A stretch of 64,000 nucleotides of DNA from Polyangiaceae bacterium (GTDB lineage: Bacteria; Myxococcota_A; Polyangia; Polyangiales; Polyangiaceae). The stretch's first letter is position 1; the number at the start of each line of letters is the position of its first letter. Below the pieces are notes generated by a model. It made no database searches and had not been told where the DNA came from. It was given only the letters and a program-made list of their open reading frames with translations. This document shows, one piece after another, positions 29,347 through 39,673 of this stretch. The stretch is taken from assembly GCA_035063585.1 (NCBI GenBank), contig JAPSGB010000018.1:1-64000 (forward strand), given 5' to 3'. Both the position numbers and the translations under genes were made by a program.

Positions 29347-31851
29347 ATGCTCGTGTCGTACCGCTGGCTGAGGGAGCTGCTCCCTTCGCTCGAGGCTCCC
29401 GTCGAGATCATCGCCGACCGGCTCACCTCGGCCGGGCTGGAGGTCGAGTCGCGGGAGGAGCGGGGCGAGGCGGCCGATCGCGTGGTGGTCGCCGAGGTTC
29501 GCGAGGTGGCGCCACACCCGAGCCGCTCCGGGCTGCGACTGGTGACGGTGGACCGCGGCGGCGTGGTGCAGCGCGTCGTGTGCGGCGCGCCGAACGTCCC
29601 CGGGCCGGGCGGGCGCGTCGTGCTCGCGCCGCTCGGAGCCACGCTGCCGGCGGTCGGGCTCACCATGGCGCCACGCGAGATCGGCGGGGTGCTGAGCGAG
29701 GGCATGCTCTGCAGCGAGGTCGAGCTGGGGCTCGCCGACGAGTCGGACGGGCTGCTGCTCCTGCCGGCCACCGCGGGCGCCCCCGGGGACCTGCTCTCTC
29801 GAGCGCTGCCCGAGTCGCGCGACACCATCCTCGGCCTCGGCGTGACGCCGAATCGGCCCGACGCCCTCGGGCACGTCGGGGTCGCGCGCGAGCTCGCCGC
29901 GCTCCTCGGTCTCGACTTCGCCTTTCCCGCGCCGGGCCGACCCAAGCAGCAGGCGGAGGGCGTGCTCTCCGAGTTGGTGCGGGTCGAGATCGAAGATGGG
30001 GAGCGCTGTCCGGAGTACGACGCCGGCGCGGTGCTCGGCGTGACGGTCGCGCCCTCCCCGGCCTGGCTGCGCTGGCGGCTCCACGCGCTCGGCGTGCGGC
30101 CCATCTCGAACGTGGTGGACGTCACGAATTGGGTCCTGCTCGGCTTCGGTCAGCCGATGCACGCCTTCGACCTCGATCGGCTCCGGGGCAGCCAGCTCGC
30201 GGTGCGACGCGCGCGGCAGGGCGAGCCATTCACCACGCTCGACGGCGTCGAGCGCGTCCTCGACGCGGACGATCTCTTGATCGTCGACGGCGAGGGACCG
30301 GTCGCGCTCGCAGGCGTGATGGGCGGGCTCGACAGCGAGATCAAGCCGCACACCCGGCGAGTGCTGCTCGAGTCGGCCTACTTTACCCCGCGCGGGGTCC
30401 GGCGGACCTCACGCCGCCACTCGCTCAAGACGGAGGCGAGCTTCCGCTTCGAGCGCGGCGTCGACTGGGGCGCGACCGCGACGGTGCTCGAGCACGCGAA
30501 GGTGCTGCTCTCGGAGCTCGCCGGTGGCGCGGTCGTCGCGGGCACGCTCCGGGTGGAGGCGCGCGCGCTCCAGCGGCCGCGCATGCGGCTCCGCTCCAAG
30601 CGGCTCGACGCGCTGCTCGGGGCCCACGTGCCGTTCGAGGAGGCGACCCGCACGCTCGCGCGGCTGGGGCTCGAGGTCGGCGCCCCCGAAGGCGCGCGCG
30701 GAGACGAGGCGGTCGAGGTGACGGGCGCCTCCTGGCGTCCGGATCTCGAGCGGGAGGTCGACCTCATCGAAGAGGTAGCGCGCGTGCGGGGGCTCGACGC
30801 CATCCCGACCGTGCTACCGGCCATTCAGCCACAGACACCGCGCACCGCCGGCAAGCTCGAGCGCGCGGTGGCGGAGCTCGCTCGCGACTTGGGCCTCGAT
30901 GAGGCGCTCACTTACGCGTTCGTGTCGCCACGCGAGCTCGCTATGCTCCACGCTCCGGAGCCGGTGGTCACGCTCATGAATCCGCTCACCGACGAGCGCA
31001 GCGTGATGCGGACGAGCCTGTTGCCGGGCCTGCTCGAGGCGCTTCGCCACGCGCGACGTTACGGCGAGCGGAGCGTGCGCTTGTACAGCGTCGGCGCTCG
31101 CTTCCTGCACCCGGACGGCGCTGCGCAGAGCTCGAGCGGCGCGGCCGCACGCCCTCGCCTCGCCGCGGATCAGGGCGTTCTGCCCGAGGAGCGGCCGTCG
31201 TTCGCCGCGGTGCTCGCGGGAGCGCGCCCAGGCTACCTCGCGGCCAACCCGGAGGAGCACGACATCTACGACGCCAAGGGGCTCGCCTGCGCGCTCGTCG
31301 AGCGGTTGATCGGGCGTCCCGTCTCGGTTCGTCGCGTGAAGGAGTTGGACCACGCGGCGCACCTGCACCCGCGTGGGGCGGCCGAGCTCTTCGTCGATGA
31401 GGTCCGGGTCGGCACCTTCGGCCCGCTCCACCCGGACGTGGTCGACGCGCTCGACCTCGACGGGACGGCGCAGACGATCGAGCTCGATCTCGCCGCGCTC
31501 GAAGCGCTCGGCAAGCGAGTGCCGCGCTACCGCCCGGTTCCGCGCCTCCCTGCCGTGTCTCGTGACCTCGCGTTGGTGGTGAGCGACGACGTCCCGGCCG
31601 GTGACGTCGAGGAGCTGATCCGAGGTGAGGCGGGCGAGCTCTGCGAGTCGGTGCGACTGTTCGACGTGTTCCGCGGCGGGGCGCTGCCGCCGGAGCACCG
31701 CTCGCTCGCGTTCCGCGTCATCTACCGCGATCCACGCGCGGCGACGGCGCCGGACGCCGCCCGCGCGCTGACGGACAAGGAAGTCGACGAGCGCCACGCG
31801 CGCGTGGTGAAGGTGGCAGCCGAGCGGCTCGGCGCCGCGCTCAGAGGGTAG
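29347..31851 (+). CDS. pheT: Phenylalanine-tRNA ligase beta subunit
   Basis: MLVSYRWLREL, VCGAPNV, SEGMLCS, TPNRPDAL, ISNVVDVTN, RFERGVD, DLIEEVAR, MRTSLLPGL, RDLA, SLAFR. Confidence 0.97.
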   Translation: MLVSYRWLRELLPSLEAPVEIIADRLTSAGLEVESREERGEAADRVVVAEVREVAPHPSRSGLRLVTVDRGGVVQRVVCGAPNVPGPGGRVVLAPLGATLPAVGLTMAPREIGGVLSEGMLCSEVELGLADESDGLLLLPATAGAPGDLLSRALPESRDTILGLGVTPNRPDALGHVGVARELAALLGLDFAFPAPGRPKQQAEGVLSELVRVEIEDGERCPEYDAGAVLGVTVAPSPAWLRWRLHALGVRPISNVVDVTNWVLLGFGQPMHAFDLDRLRGSQLAVRRARQGEPFTTLDGVERVLDADDLLIVDGEGPVALAGVMGGLDSEIKPHTRRVLLESAYFTPRGVRRTSRRHSLKTEASFRFERGVDWGATATVLEHAKVLLSELAGGAVVAGTLRVEARALQRPRMRLRSKRLDALLGAHVPFEEATRTLARLGLEVGAPEGARGDEAVEVTGASWRPDLEREVDLIEEVARVRGLDAIPTVLPAIQPQTPRTAGKLERAVAELARDLGLDEALTYAFVSPRELAMLHAPEPVVTLMNPLTDERSVMRTSLLPGLLEALRHARRYGERSVRLYSVGARFLHPDGAAQSSSGAAARPRLAADQGVLPEERPSFAAVLAGARPGYLAANPEEHDIYDAKGLACALVERLIGRPVSVRRVKELDHAAHLHPRGAAELFVDEVRVGTFGPLHPDVVDALDLDGTAQTIELDLAALEALGKRVPRYRPVPRLPAVSRDLALVVSDDVPAGDVEELIRGEAGELCESVRLFDVFRGGALPPEHRSLAFRVIYRDPRAATAPDAARALTDKEVDERHARVVKVAAERLGAALRG

Positions 31852-31852
31852 C

Positions 31853-32680
31853 GTGAGACGTCACACGGGGGTCCCGATCATCATCGCGCTCGCGCTCGGC
31901 GCGGGACACGCGCTCGGCGCCGAGCCGAGCGAAAGCAGCGGCGAGCCCGCGACCCGGACCTACGCCGAGCCTCCGCCCCTCCACGAGGACGGCGAACGCG
32001 CCCCTGCGCCGCCGCCCCCGCGCGCGGACTCGCAGGAGCCGCGCCCGTTCCTCGAGGCGCCACGCGCCGGCAGGCGTGAGCGGAGGCTCGACTTTGGTCC
32101 GGACTTCGGGCTGGCGCTCCGCCCCCCCGAGGGCGACGCCGCGAGCTACGCGCCGGGCGTCGCGTGGGGGCTTCACGCTCGAATCGAGGGGACGTCGTGG
32201 CTCGCGCTGCGGCTCTCCTTTGCGAACTGCCGTCACGCGGTGACCGTGACGCGCGGCGCGCTCCGCCTGCCAGACTCCACGCTGGAGCAGTCGGCCCTCC
32301 AGGCCACCTTACTCACCGCGCGCCTCGAGCCCACCTGGGTGCTGACGCCCGAGGTGCGGCTGTTCGCCGGCGTCGGCGCAGGCTGGGCGCGGGTCGTGGC
32401 CGAACGAGCGACCAGCACCGGCGCGCTCCGCGTGGAGACGAGCGAGCGCGCGGGGGTCGGGCTCGAGTTCTCCGGCGCGCTCGGCGCGATCATCGACGTC
32501 GTGCCCGACTGGCTCGCCGCGACGCTGGCGCTCTCGGGCGCCACCGTCACGAACCAGTCGGGCTCACTCTTCAGCGACTCGGCGGGGTTCGACTCGCAAG
32601 GCAAGTCGCTCACGGTCGGCGGTTTGCCAAAGTTCTCGGCCTCGTACTCTGCGCTGCTCGGGCTCGGCGTCGTCCTCTAG
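31853..32680 (+). CDS. Secreted/outer-membrane beta-barrel protein
   Basis: Signal peptide, Pro-rich linker, amphipathic strands ending LGLGVVL. Confidence 0.6.
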   Translation: MRRHTGVPIIIALALGAGHALGAEPSESSGEPATRTYAEPPPLHEDGERAPAPPPPRADSQEPRPFLEAPRAGRRERRLDFGPDFGLALRPPEGDAASYAPGVAWGLHARIEGTSWLALRLSFANCRHAVTVTRGALRLPDSTLEQSALQATLLTARLEPTWVLTPEVRLFAGVGAGWARVVAERATSTGALRVETSERAGVGLEFSGALGAIIDVVPDWLAATLALSGATVTNQSGSLFSDSAGFDSQGKSLTVGGLPKFSASYSALLGLGVVL

Positions 32681-34272
32681 GGCTTCGGCGCGGCGCCCAG
32701 GATCTCCGCAGACGCCTGCGACCGGTACGCCTCGAAGTTCTTCACGAACTGCGCGGCGAGCGCCTTCGCCTGGCGATCATAGGCGTCCTTGTCCTTCCAG
32801 GTGTTGCGGGGCTGCAGCACCTCGGACGGGACTCCGGGGACCTCGGACGGAATGCCGACACCGAAGATCGGGTCCGGCGTCACGGACACGTCAGTCAGCT
32901 TGCCGGCGAGCGCGGCGGCGACCATCGCGCGCGTGTAGGCGATCTTCATGCGCGACCCCACGCCGTACGGCCCGCCCGTCCACCCGGTGTTCACCAGCCA
33001 GACCGCTGCCTTGTGCTTCTCGATCTTCTCGCCGAGCATCTTCGCGTACGCGGTCGGGTGCATGGGGAGGAACGGCGCACCGAAGCAAGCGCTGAAGGTG
33101 GCCTGAGGCTCGGTGACGCCGCGCTCGGTGCCGGCCACCTTCGCGGTGTAGCCGCTGATGAAGTGGTACATCGCCTGCGCCGGCGTGAGCCGTGCGATGG
33201 GCGGGAGCACACCGTAGGCGTCCGCGGTCAGCATGATGACCGTCTTCGGGTGCCCGGTGATTCCGGTCGGCGAAGCGTTTCGGATCCGATCGAGCTGGTA
33301 GCCGGCGCGGGTGTTCTCGGTAAGCGCGTCGCTGTCGAGATCGAGCGCGCCGGTGTCCGGATCCATCACGACGTTCTCGAGCACGGTACCGAACGAGTGA
33401 ACGGCAACCCAGATATCCGGCTCCGCCTCCTGGGAGAGGCGGATGGTCTTCGCGTAGCAGCCTCCCTCGAAGTTGAACGCGCCCTCATCCGACCAGCCGT
33501 GCTCGTCGTCACCGATGAGGGTACGAGCCGGATCGGCCGAGAGCGTGGTCTTGCCGGTGCCCGAGAGCCCGAAGAACACCGCCGGATCCCCGTGCTCACC
33601 GACGTTCACCGAGGCGTGCATCGGGAGGATGCCGCGGAGCGGGAGGAGGTAGTTCAGGACCGAGAAGACGCTCTTCTTGATCTCGCCCGCGTACCGGGTG
33701 CCGCCGATGAGCACGATCTTCTTGGCGTAGTTCACGATGACGAACGCGCCGCTGTTGGTCCCGTCCGTCGCCGGATCCGCCTGGAACTCCGGCGCGTGGA
33801 GCACGGTGAATTCCGGAACCGCTTTCGAGCGCTCCTCGGTGGTCGGCCGGATGAACATGGTGCGCGCGAAGAGCACGTGCCATGCGCTGGTGCTGATGAC
33901 GCGGATGGGCAGCCCGCTCGCCGCGCCTGCGCGCGCCTCCTGGACGAACAGGTCACGTCCTTGGAGATACGCCGTGACGCGCGCGTAGAGGCGCTCGAAG
34001 GCGGCCGGCTCGAAGGGCTTGTTGACCTTGCCCCAGTCGATGTGGCCCTCGCTCGAGGGCTCCCTGACGATGAACTTGTCGTTCGGAGAGCGCCCCGTAT
34101 GCTTGCCCGTGGTCACCACCAGCGCACCGTCGGCGCTGAGCCGCCCTTCTCCGCGCCGTACGGCCTCCTCGATGAGCGAGGGCACCGTAAGGTTCCAGTA
34201 GACCCTCTTCGCGTTGGTGATCCCGCTCTTCTCGATGCCGTACTCGCTGCGACCCAGTCCCAGATGCTCCAT
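32677..34272 (-). CDS. pckA: Phosphoenolpyruvate carboxykinase (ATP)
   Basis: [57 protein letters not shown]. Confidence 0.97.
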   Translation of the reverse strand: MEHLGLGRSEYGIEKSGITNAKRVYWNLTVPSLIEEAVRRGEGRLSADGALVVTTGKHTGRSPNDKFIVREPSSEGHIDWGKVNKPFEPAAFERLYARVTAYLQGRDLFVQEARAGAASGLPIRVISTSAWHVLFARTMFIRPTTEERSKAVPEFTVLHAPEFQADPATDGTNSGAFVIVNYAKKIVLIGGTRYAGEIKKSVFSVLNYLLPLRGILPMHASVNVGEHGDPAVFFGLSGTGKTTLSADPARTLIGDDEHGWSDEGAFNFEGGCYAKTIRLSQEAEPDIWVAVHSFGTVLENVVMDPDTGALDLDSDALTENTRAGYQLDRIRNASPTGITGHPKTVIMLTADAYGVLPPIARLTPAQAMYHFISGYTAKVAGTERGVTEPQATFSACFGAPFLPMHPTAYAKMLGEKIEKHKAAVWLVNTGWTGGPYGVGSRMKIAYTRAMVAAALAGKLTDVSVTPDPIFGVGIPSEVPGVPSEVLQPRNTWKDKDAYDRQAKALAAQFVKNFEAYRSQASAEILGAAPKP

Positions 34273-34368
34273 CGATGACCTCCGTCAGAAGGCCAGCCCG
34301 TGCGCTGGCAAGGCGTCGCCAGGCCTCGAGCCTGGCACTGAGCGGATGCTCAGTAGGGCGGTGCGGCG

Positions 34369-34665
34369 ATGACCATTTCGCGCGCCGCCTTGGCGTGCTT
34401 CCTCCTACTTCCGGTCGGATGTTCGCGCAAGGCCCCGGGGCCCGATGACTGCCACGCGTTCGCGCGTCGGGTCTACCAGATCACCGACCGGCGCGCGCTC
34501 GCCGACCCGCGGGTGCTCGGGGCGGTGAGCGACCTCACCACCAAGTGCCTCGTCACGCCCTTCGATCGAGCGCTCCTTCGCTGCGTGGACGAGGGCGCCT
34601 CCCTGGACGACTGCCTCGCCGAGTTCGAGGTCCGTCGAGCGCGCGCCGTCGAACCGCCGCGTTAG
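34369..34665 (+). CDS. Small Cys-containing lipoprotein
   Basis: Lipobox PVGC followed by four further Cys; 98 aa. Confidence 0.6.
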   Translation: MTISRAALACFLLLPVGCSRKAPGPDDCHAFARRVYQITDRRALADPRVLGAVSDLTTKCLVTPFDRALLRCVDEGASLDDCLAEFEVRRARAVEPPR

Positions 34666-36251
34666 ATCGCCGAGCGCAGCGCGCGCAGCACGGACTCCGC
34701 CGCGCCGGCCGCGGCCTCCGGCGCGAGCGCAGCGACGCGCGCGCGCACACGAGGACTGCGAAAAGGCGGCTCGGTCTCGAGACGAAGCCGAACCGGACCC
34801 GTCGCCGAACCCTCCAGCGAGAAGACGACCTCTTCGCCGTCGGCGGACCGACGCTCGCGGACGATCTCGAGCCCGCCGAGCTCACGGCGACTGGCCAGGG
34901 CGTCGCACAGGCTCGCGAGCCGTGCGCGACTCTCGCGCCCCCAAGCGAGGCGGCGGCGCGTATCCTCCGCGCGGGGCCAGAGCTCTACCGGATCGTCGTC
35001 GACCGCGAGCACCTCGAGCGCCCACGCGGCGAGCGCCGACACGTCGTCGTCGTCCTCGGCGGCCTCGGCGAAGAGCGCGACCCGCCCCGTGAGCCCGATC
35101 GGCGCGCCGGGCGAACGACGGTGACGCAGCACGAGCGCGACTGGCCGACCAGCCCTCACGTACTCGAAGCGGGCGCTCGCCTCGCCGGGCCGCCACCGCG
35201 CGCCCGTGAGTAGGTGGTCTGATGGCGGTGCGGCGCGGGAGAGGCGCGTCAAGCGCGGCGCTTCGAGCAGCGTGAAGAGGCGCGGCGCGTTCCGCGCGCT
35301 CCGGAGCTGCTCGGCAGGCACGCTCACGAGCTCGTCCGTGCCGAATTTCTCCGCGTACTCGACGAAGACGCCGGTGCAAATCGGGTCGAAGACGCAGCTC
35401 GCGCAGGTCGCCGGCTTCAGCTTGTGCTCGGTCTTGCGCGCGTACTTGTCGTGGCCGCTCGGCGCGAGGCCGCCGAGGTTCGCCGAGACGACCGTGGTCT
35501 CTTCACCCGCGTGGTGGATGCGGTGCGCCCACTCGGGCATCACGCAGAAGGGGAGGTTGCCGAGGTTGACGTCGTAGTCCGCTCCGAGCCGGCGCTCGAA
35601 CTCCGCGAGCATCCGCGCGAGGTGTGGCGCCTCCTCGGAGTAACGGACCAGGATGGTCCCGAGATGACCCGGTGGCCGGTTGCCGATCTCGAGCGGGTTG
35701 ATTTGGTCGAGGTGCACCTCGGAGATCCCGTATCGCTCGGCGAGCTCGGGATACCCGGACACGCTCTCGTAGCTCAGCACGTTCAGGCAGGCGTTGGCGG
35801 TGATCTTCTGACCCAGCGCGCGCATCTCCTCGAGCCCGCCGAGGATACGGTCGAACGCGCCCGGACGGCCCGTGACGCGATCGTGGGTCGCGCGATCGCC
35901 GCCCTGAATCGACACTCGAAAGGTGAGCGGCCCCCCCGCGCAGAGTGACGCGAGATAACCCGGCTGGTGCGTGCGGACCCCATTGGTGAAGACCACAATC
36001 TCCTGGTAGCCGAGCTCGCGGGCGCGCTCGAGGAGCCGCGGAAACTCGCGCTGCAAGGTCGGCTCGCCGCCGACGAACGTCACCTTGCGCGCGCCGGCGG
36101 CACGCGCGCTCTCGAGCTCCTCGAGGGCGCGCGTGGGAGCCTCCTGACCGGCGAGCCCGAAGCTCGTGATGAGGCCGCTCGAGCAGAAGACGCAGCGGTT
36201 GTTGCAGAGGTGACCGAGCTGGATCTCGATTTGCTCGATCCGGTCGGTCAC
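34662..36251 (-). CDS. Radical SAM protein (HxsC-like) with SPASM/twitch-type Cys tail and extra C-terminal domain
   Basis: CNNRCVFC, FVGGEPT, TNG, PFC, CASCVFDPICTGV; GTG 36251 overlaps the upstream stop (GTGA). Confidence 0.88.
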   Translation of the reverse strand: MTDRIEQIEIQLGHLCNNRCVFCSSGLITSFGLAGQEAPTRALEELESARAAGARKVTFVGGEPTLQREFPRLLERARELGYQEIVVFTNGVRTHQPGYLASLCAGGPLTFRVSIQGGDRATHDRVTGRPGAFDRILGGLEEMRALGQKITANACLNVLSYESVSGYPELAERYGISEVHLDQINPLEIGNRPPGHLGTILVRYSEEAPHLARMLAEFERRLGADYDVNLGNLPFCVMPEWAHRIHHAGEETTVVSANLGGLAPSGHDKYARKTEHKLKPATCASCVFDPICTGVFVEYAEKFGTDELVSVPAEQLRSARNAPRLFTLLEAPRLTRLSRAAPPSDHLLTGARWRPGEASARFEYVRAGRPVALVLRHRRSPGAPIGLTGRVALFAEAAEDDDDVSALAAWALEVLAVDDDPVELWPRAEDTRRRLAWGRESRARLASLCDALASRRELGGLEIVRERRSADGEEVVFSLEGSATGPVRLRLETEPPFRSPRVRARVAALAPEAAAGAAESVLRALRSAI

Positions 36252-37921
36252 GGCTCGCCCTTGATGGGGCGAAGCGTTCGATAGCCAAACTGCCGGACGT
36301 AATTGATGTGCACCCCGTCGCACGCATCATAGAGGCGGCACTCGCGGCAGCGATCGCTCTTGGTCAGGTAACGCTCGAAGTAGAAGTGCTGCGCGTGCGC
36401 CGGGACGTCCTCGACCTCGCGGAGGAGCGTCTCGTCGACGAAGGTACGGGCCCGCGCGGACTCGCGCCGCCCCGACAAACAAGCGGGGATGTTGGTGAGG
36501 TGGGCTTCGGCGAGCGGCAGGGCGCGAAATACGCGATCGAGCTCGACCTGGCCGCGCCGGGCCGCCTCGAGCCGGAGGAAGACCTGTGGAAAGACGCCCA
36601 GCGCGGCGCCTCTCGCGATCACCCAGTCGTGGTGCGCCTCGAGCCAGCGCACCGTGTCCACGTTGAGCTCGACCTCGATCGGGTTCGGGAGCGCGGCGAC
36701 CGCCTCGAGCGCCTCGGCGGAGCCCACCACCAACCCGACCTCGGCGGGCACGGAGTCGACCCCAGCGAGCGAGTCGAGCTGAAGCGAGCGAGGACGCTTC
36801 GCGTGCTCGGCGAGGACGGGCGCCGCGCTCGCGGCATCCGGAGCAGCGACACGGATTGGTGCCTCCGGCTGGCGCGCGAGAGCGTCTGCGAAGCTCGGCG
36901 CGACCGAACGGCGCGCGTCGAGCGCGAACCCGTCGAAGCGCGCAGCGGTCCGCGTCTCGCGATGAGCCATCAAGTGCGTACAGAACGGCCGGTAGGCGCA
37001 GTAGGCGCAGCGTTCCCCCCAGCACTTGACCGCGCCCCCGCGCTTGTACGGCTCGTGACGATCGGGGCGACGCCAGTCGATTTCGGCGAGCTCGAGCGCC
37101 CAGCCGACCGGCTCGGGGATGTGCTCCTCGAAGTCCTCGAAGAAGTTGTCCGGAAACTTCTTGAATTCCACTGGGAACTCGAGCTCGCGCGCGACGTGGA
37201 GCGCGTCGCGCACGGCCTGCCGCCCGAGCTCCGTCTCGTAGTAGATACTGTTGCGCGACCGCTCCCAGTCACGGTCGTTGGGGACGAGCTGGAGAAAGGT
37301 GGCCGAGCGCGCGCCGAGCGTGTGGTACGCGCGAACCATCGGAGCGAGCTGTTCAAAGTTCTTACGAGTGACCACCACGTTCATGCGAAACGGACACCCG
37401 AGCGCGCGGACGTTGGCGATCCCCTTCACGACCTGCTGATACGCACCCTTCACGCCTACGAGCGCGTCGTGCGTCTTCTCGTCGTGCGAGTTCAAGCTGA
37501 AGATCACCTCGCTCAGACCCGCGCGCACGCTCTTTCGGGCGAACTCCTCATAGAAGAACATTCGGCCGTTGGTGATGGTGATGATCTGGTCGTAGCCGAG
37601 CGTTCGGCCGAGGTGGACGAAGCGGATGAAGTCGGGGTGGATGGTGGGCTCGCCCCCGCTCAGGAAGAGGCGCTTGAGCCCCTTCGCCGCACCCTCTCGG
37701 ATCTTGGCGTAGACCCGCTCCGCTTCCATGTGCGTTCCGTTCCAAAACACGGTGTCGCAGCAGAACGAGCAAATGTTGTTGCAGGTCCGTGTGAGCTTCA
37801 AGAAGACCTGATCTTCGCTGAGGAACAGGAAGAGGAGATCCTCGTCCTCGTGCGGGTCACGGTCCTTCAGCACCGGGAGGGGGCTTCGCGGATACCGCTC
37901 ACGCTCGACGGGAGCGCTCAT
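36248..37921 (-). CDS. Radical SAM protein, HxsC-like paralog 1
   Basis: CNNICSFC, LSGGEPTIHP, TNGRMF, CWGERCAYCAYRPFC, TKSDRCRECRLYDACDGVHIN. Confidence 0.9.
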   Translation of the reverse strand: MSAPVERERYPRSPLPVLKDRDPHEDEDLLFLFLSEDQVFLKLTRTCNNICSFCCDTVFWNGTHMEAERVYAKIREGAAKGLKRLFLSGGEPTIHPDFIRFVHLGRTLGYDQIITITNGRMFFYEEFARKSVRAGLSEVIFSLNSHDEKTHDALVGVKGAYQQVVKGIANVRALGCPFRMNVVVTRKNFEQLAPMVRAYHTLGARSATFLQLVPNDRDWERSRNSIYYETELGRQAVRDALHVARELEFPVEFKKFPDNFFEDFEEHIPEPVGWALELAEIDWRRPDRHEPYKRGGAVKCWGERCAYCAYRPFCTHLMAHRETRTAARFDGFALDARRSVAPSFADALARQPEAPIRVAAPDAASAAPVLAEHAKRPRSLQLDSLAGVDSVPAEVGLVVGSAEALEAVAALPNPIEVELNVDTVRWLEAHHDWVIARGAALGVFPQVFLRLEAARRGQVELDRVFRALPLAEAHLTNIPACLSGRRESARARTFVDETLLREVEDVPAHAQHFYFERYLTKSDRCRECRLYDACDGVHINYVRQFGYRTLRPIKGEP

Positions 37922-38009
37922 GAGCTCCTTATACCACGCGCTGCCTCGCTGCCGAGGAGCGGCCGGGCGCTCCCCTGCGCGCGTGAGGAACCAAGCTATA
38001 CTCGGGCGG

Positions 38010-39650
38010 ATGCGGATCCTTGGGCTGCACGCCGGCGGTCACGACACCGGCGCCTGCGCCATCGACGCGGGCCGAATCCTGGCGATCGGGGAGGAGCGCC
38101 TCAGCCGCGTGAAGAATGATGGCGCCTTCCCGGGGCGCGCGATCGAGCACGTGCTCGGCGGCGCGCCGCTCTCCTCCGTAGACCTGATCGTCCTCGACGT
38201 GTGCGACGGCCAGACGCGGAGGGCGCTCGGCGAGGTCCGCGCCCGCGGGTATGACGGGCCGCTCGAGGTGATCGATCACCACCTCGCGCACGCGGCGAGC
38301 GCGAGGTTCATGAGCGGCGCAGAGGAGGCAGCGATCCTGGTCGTCGACGCGGGCGGGACGCGACTCGACGAGTGGCCCGCCGAGTTTGCGCGCCCGGCGA
38401 GCTACCCTGCGCCGCCACGCGCTCAGGCGGTGCAGTCGTTCTTCCGAGCCTCGGGGCCTGCCATCGAGACACTGCATCAGACCTTCACGCGACCCGGGCT
38501 GCGCCTCGGGATCGGCTGGCTGTGGGCCCTGACCACCATCCATCTCGGCTTCGGCCCGCTCGAGGCCGGCAAGACGATGGGGCTCGCCGCGCACGCGCCG
38601 CCCGGCAGCGACCAGCTCGACTGGGTCGCGCCCGGCGGCGATCTGCTCTTCGCGGGCGAGCTCGACGTCGCCGACGAGCGGACCTGGAGCGCCCACGCGG
38701 AGCGGCTGTTCATGGGCGTGCCGCGCCGGCAACGCGACGAGCCGCTCGATGAGCGCCACGCTCGACTCGCAGCGCGCCTGCAGCGCACGACGGAGGCGCT
38801 CCTCCTCACGCTCGCGCGGCAGCTCCACGACGCCACCCGAGCGCGGACGCTATGCCTGTCGGGCGGCGTCGCGCTCAACGTGCTCGCCAACCGTCGCCTC
38901 GCGGAGGACTCTCGCTTCGCAGAGGTCGTCGTGCAACCGGCGGCCAGCGACAGCGGGATCGCGCTCGGCTGCGCGCTCTACGGGGCGATGAGCCGAAAAG
39001 AAGCGCTCCCGGAGGCACCAGAGCTCAGCTCGTACGCGCGGCCGCCGAGGCCGAGCGAGCTCCGGGCGGCGGCGGAGCGCGCGGCGCAGAGCGGGTTCTC
39101 GCTCAGCGAACCGAAGGACCTCTACGAAGACGTCGTGGAGCGGCTGGTGGGCGGACAGGTGATCGGCTGGTTCGACGGAGCGAGCGAGCTCGGTCCGCGC
39201 GCGCTCGGCCGACGGAGCCTGCTCGCCGATCCGCGCGACCCGGGCGCGAAGGACCGCGTGAACGCGCTCGTCAAGCACCGCGAGGCGTTTCGACCTTTTG
39301 CGCCGGTGGTCCTCGAAGAGCGCGCCGCCGAGCTCTTCGACCTCCACTTCCCGAGCCGAAACATGCTCTTCTCCGCCGCGGTGCTACCCGAAGCGCGCGG
39401 CCGAGTCCCCGCGATCACGCACGTCGACGGGACGGCGCGGGTACAGACTGTCTCGCGCAGCTATCCGGGCCGGCTCCGCGCGCTTCTCGAGCGGTTCGAC
39501 GCGCGCACGGGAGTGCCCGCCCTCCTCAACACCTCGCTCAACGGACCGGGCGAGCCCATCGCCGAGACGGCGGAGGACGCACTCGCCCTCTTCGCGCGCT
39601 CGGACATGCACGCGCTCGTGCTCGATGGGCTCGTGCTCGCGCGCGCCTGA
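38010..39650 (+). CDS. Carbamoyltransferase (NodU/CmcH/TobZ family)
   Basis: HDTGAC, EERLSRVK, HHLAHAAS, GKTMGLA, SGGVALN, ELGPRALGRRS, KHREAFRPFAP, HVDGTARVQTV, LNTSLN. Confidence 0.93.
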   Translation: MRILGLHAGGHDTGACAIDAGRILAIGEERLSRVKNDGAFPGRAIEHVLGGAPLSSVDLIVLDVCDGQTRRALGEVRARGYDGPLEVIDHHLAHAASARFMSGAEEAAILVVDAGGTRLDEWPAEFARPASYPAPPRAQAVQSFFRASGPAIETLHQTFTRPGLRLGIGWLWALTTIHLGFGPLEAGKTMGLAAHAPPGSDQLDWVAPGGDLLFAGELDVADERTWSAHAERLFMGVPRRQRDEPLDERHARLAARLQRTTEALLLTLARQLHDATRARTLCLSGGVALNVLANRRLAEDSRFAEVVVQPAASDSGIALGCALYGAMSRKEALPEAPELSSYARPPRPSELRAAAERAAQSGFSLSEPKDLYEDVVERLVGGQVIGWFDGASELGPRALGRRSLLADPRDPGAKDRVNALVKHREAFRPFAPVVLEERAAELFDLHFPSRNMLFSAAVLPEARGRVPAITHVDGTARVQTVSRSYPGRLRALLERFDARTGVPALLNTSLNGPGEPIAETAEDALALFARSDMHALVLDGLVLARA

Positions 39651-39673
39651 GCGCCGTGCGATAATCGCGGGCG

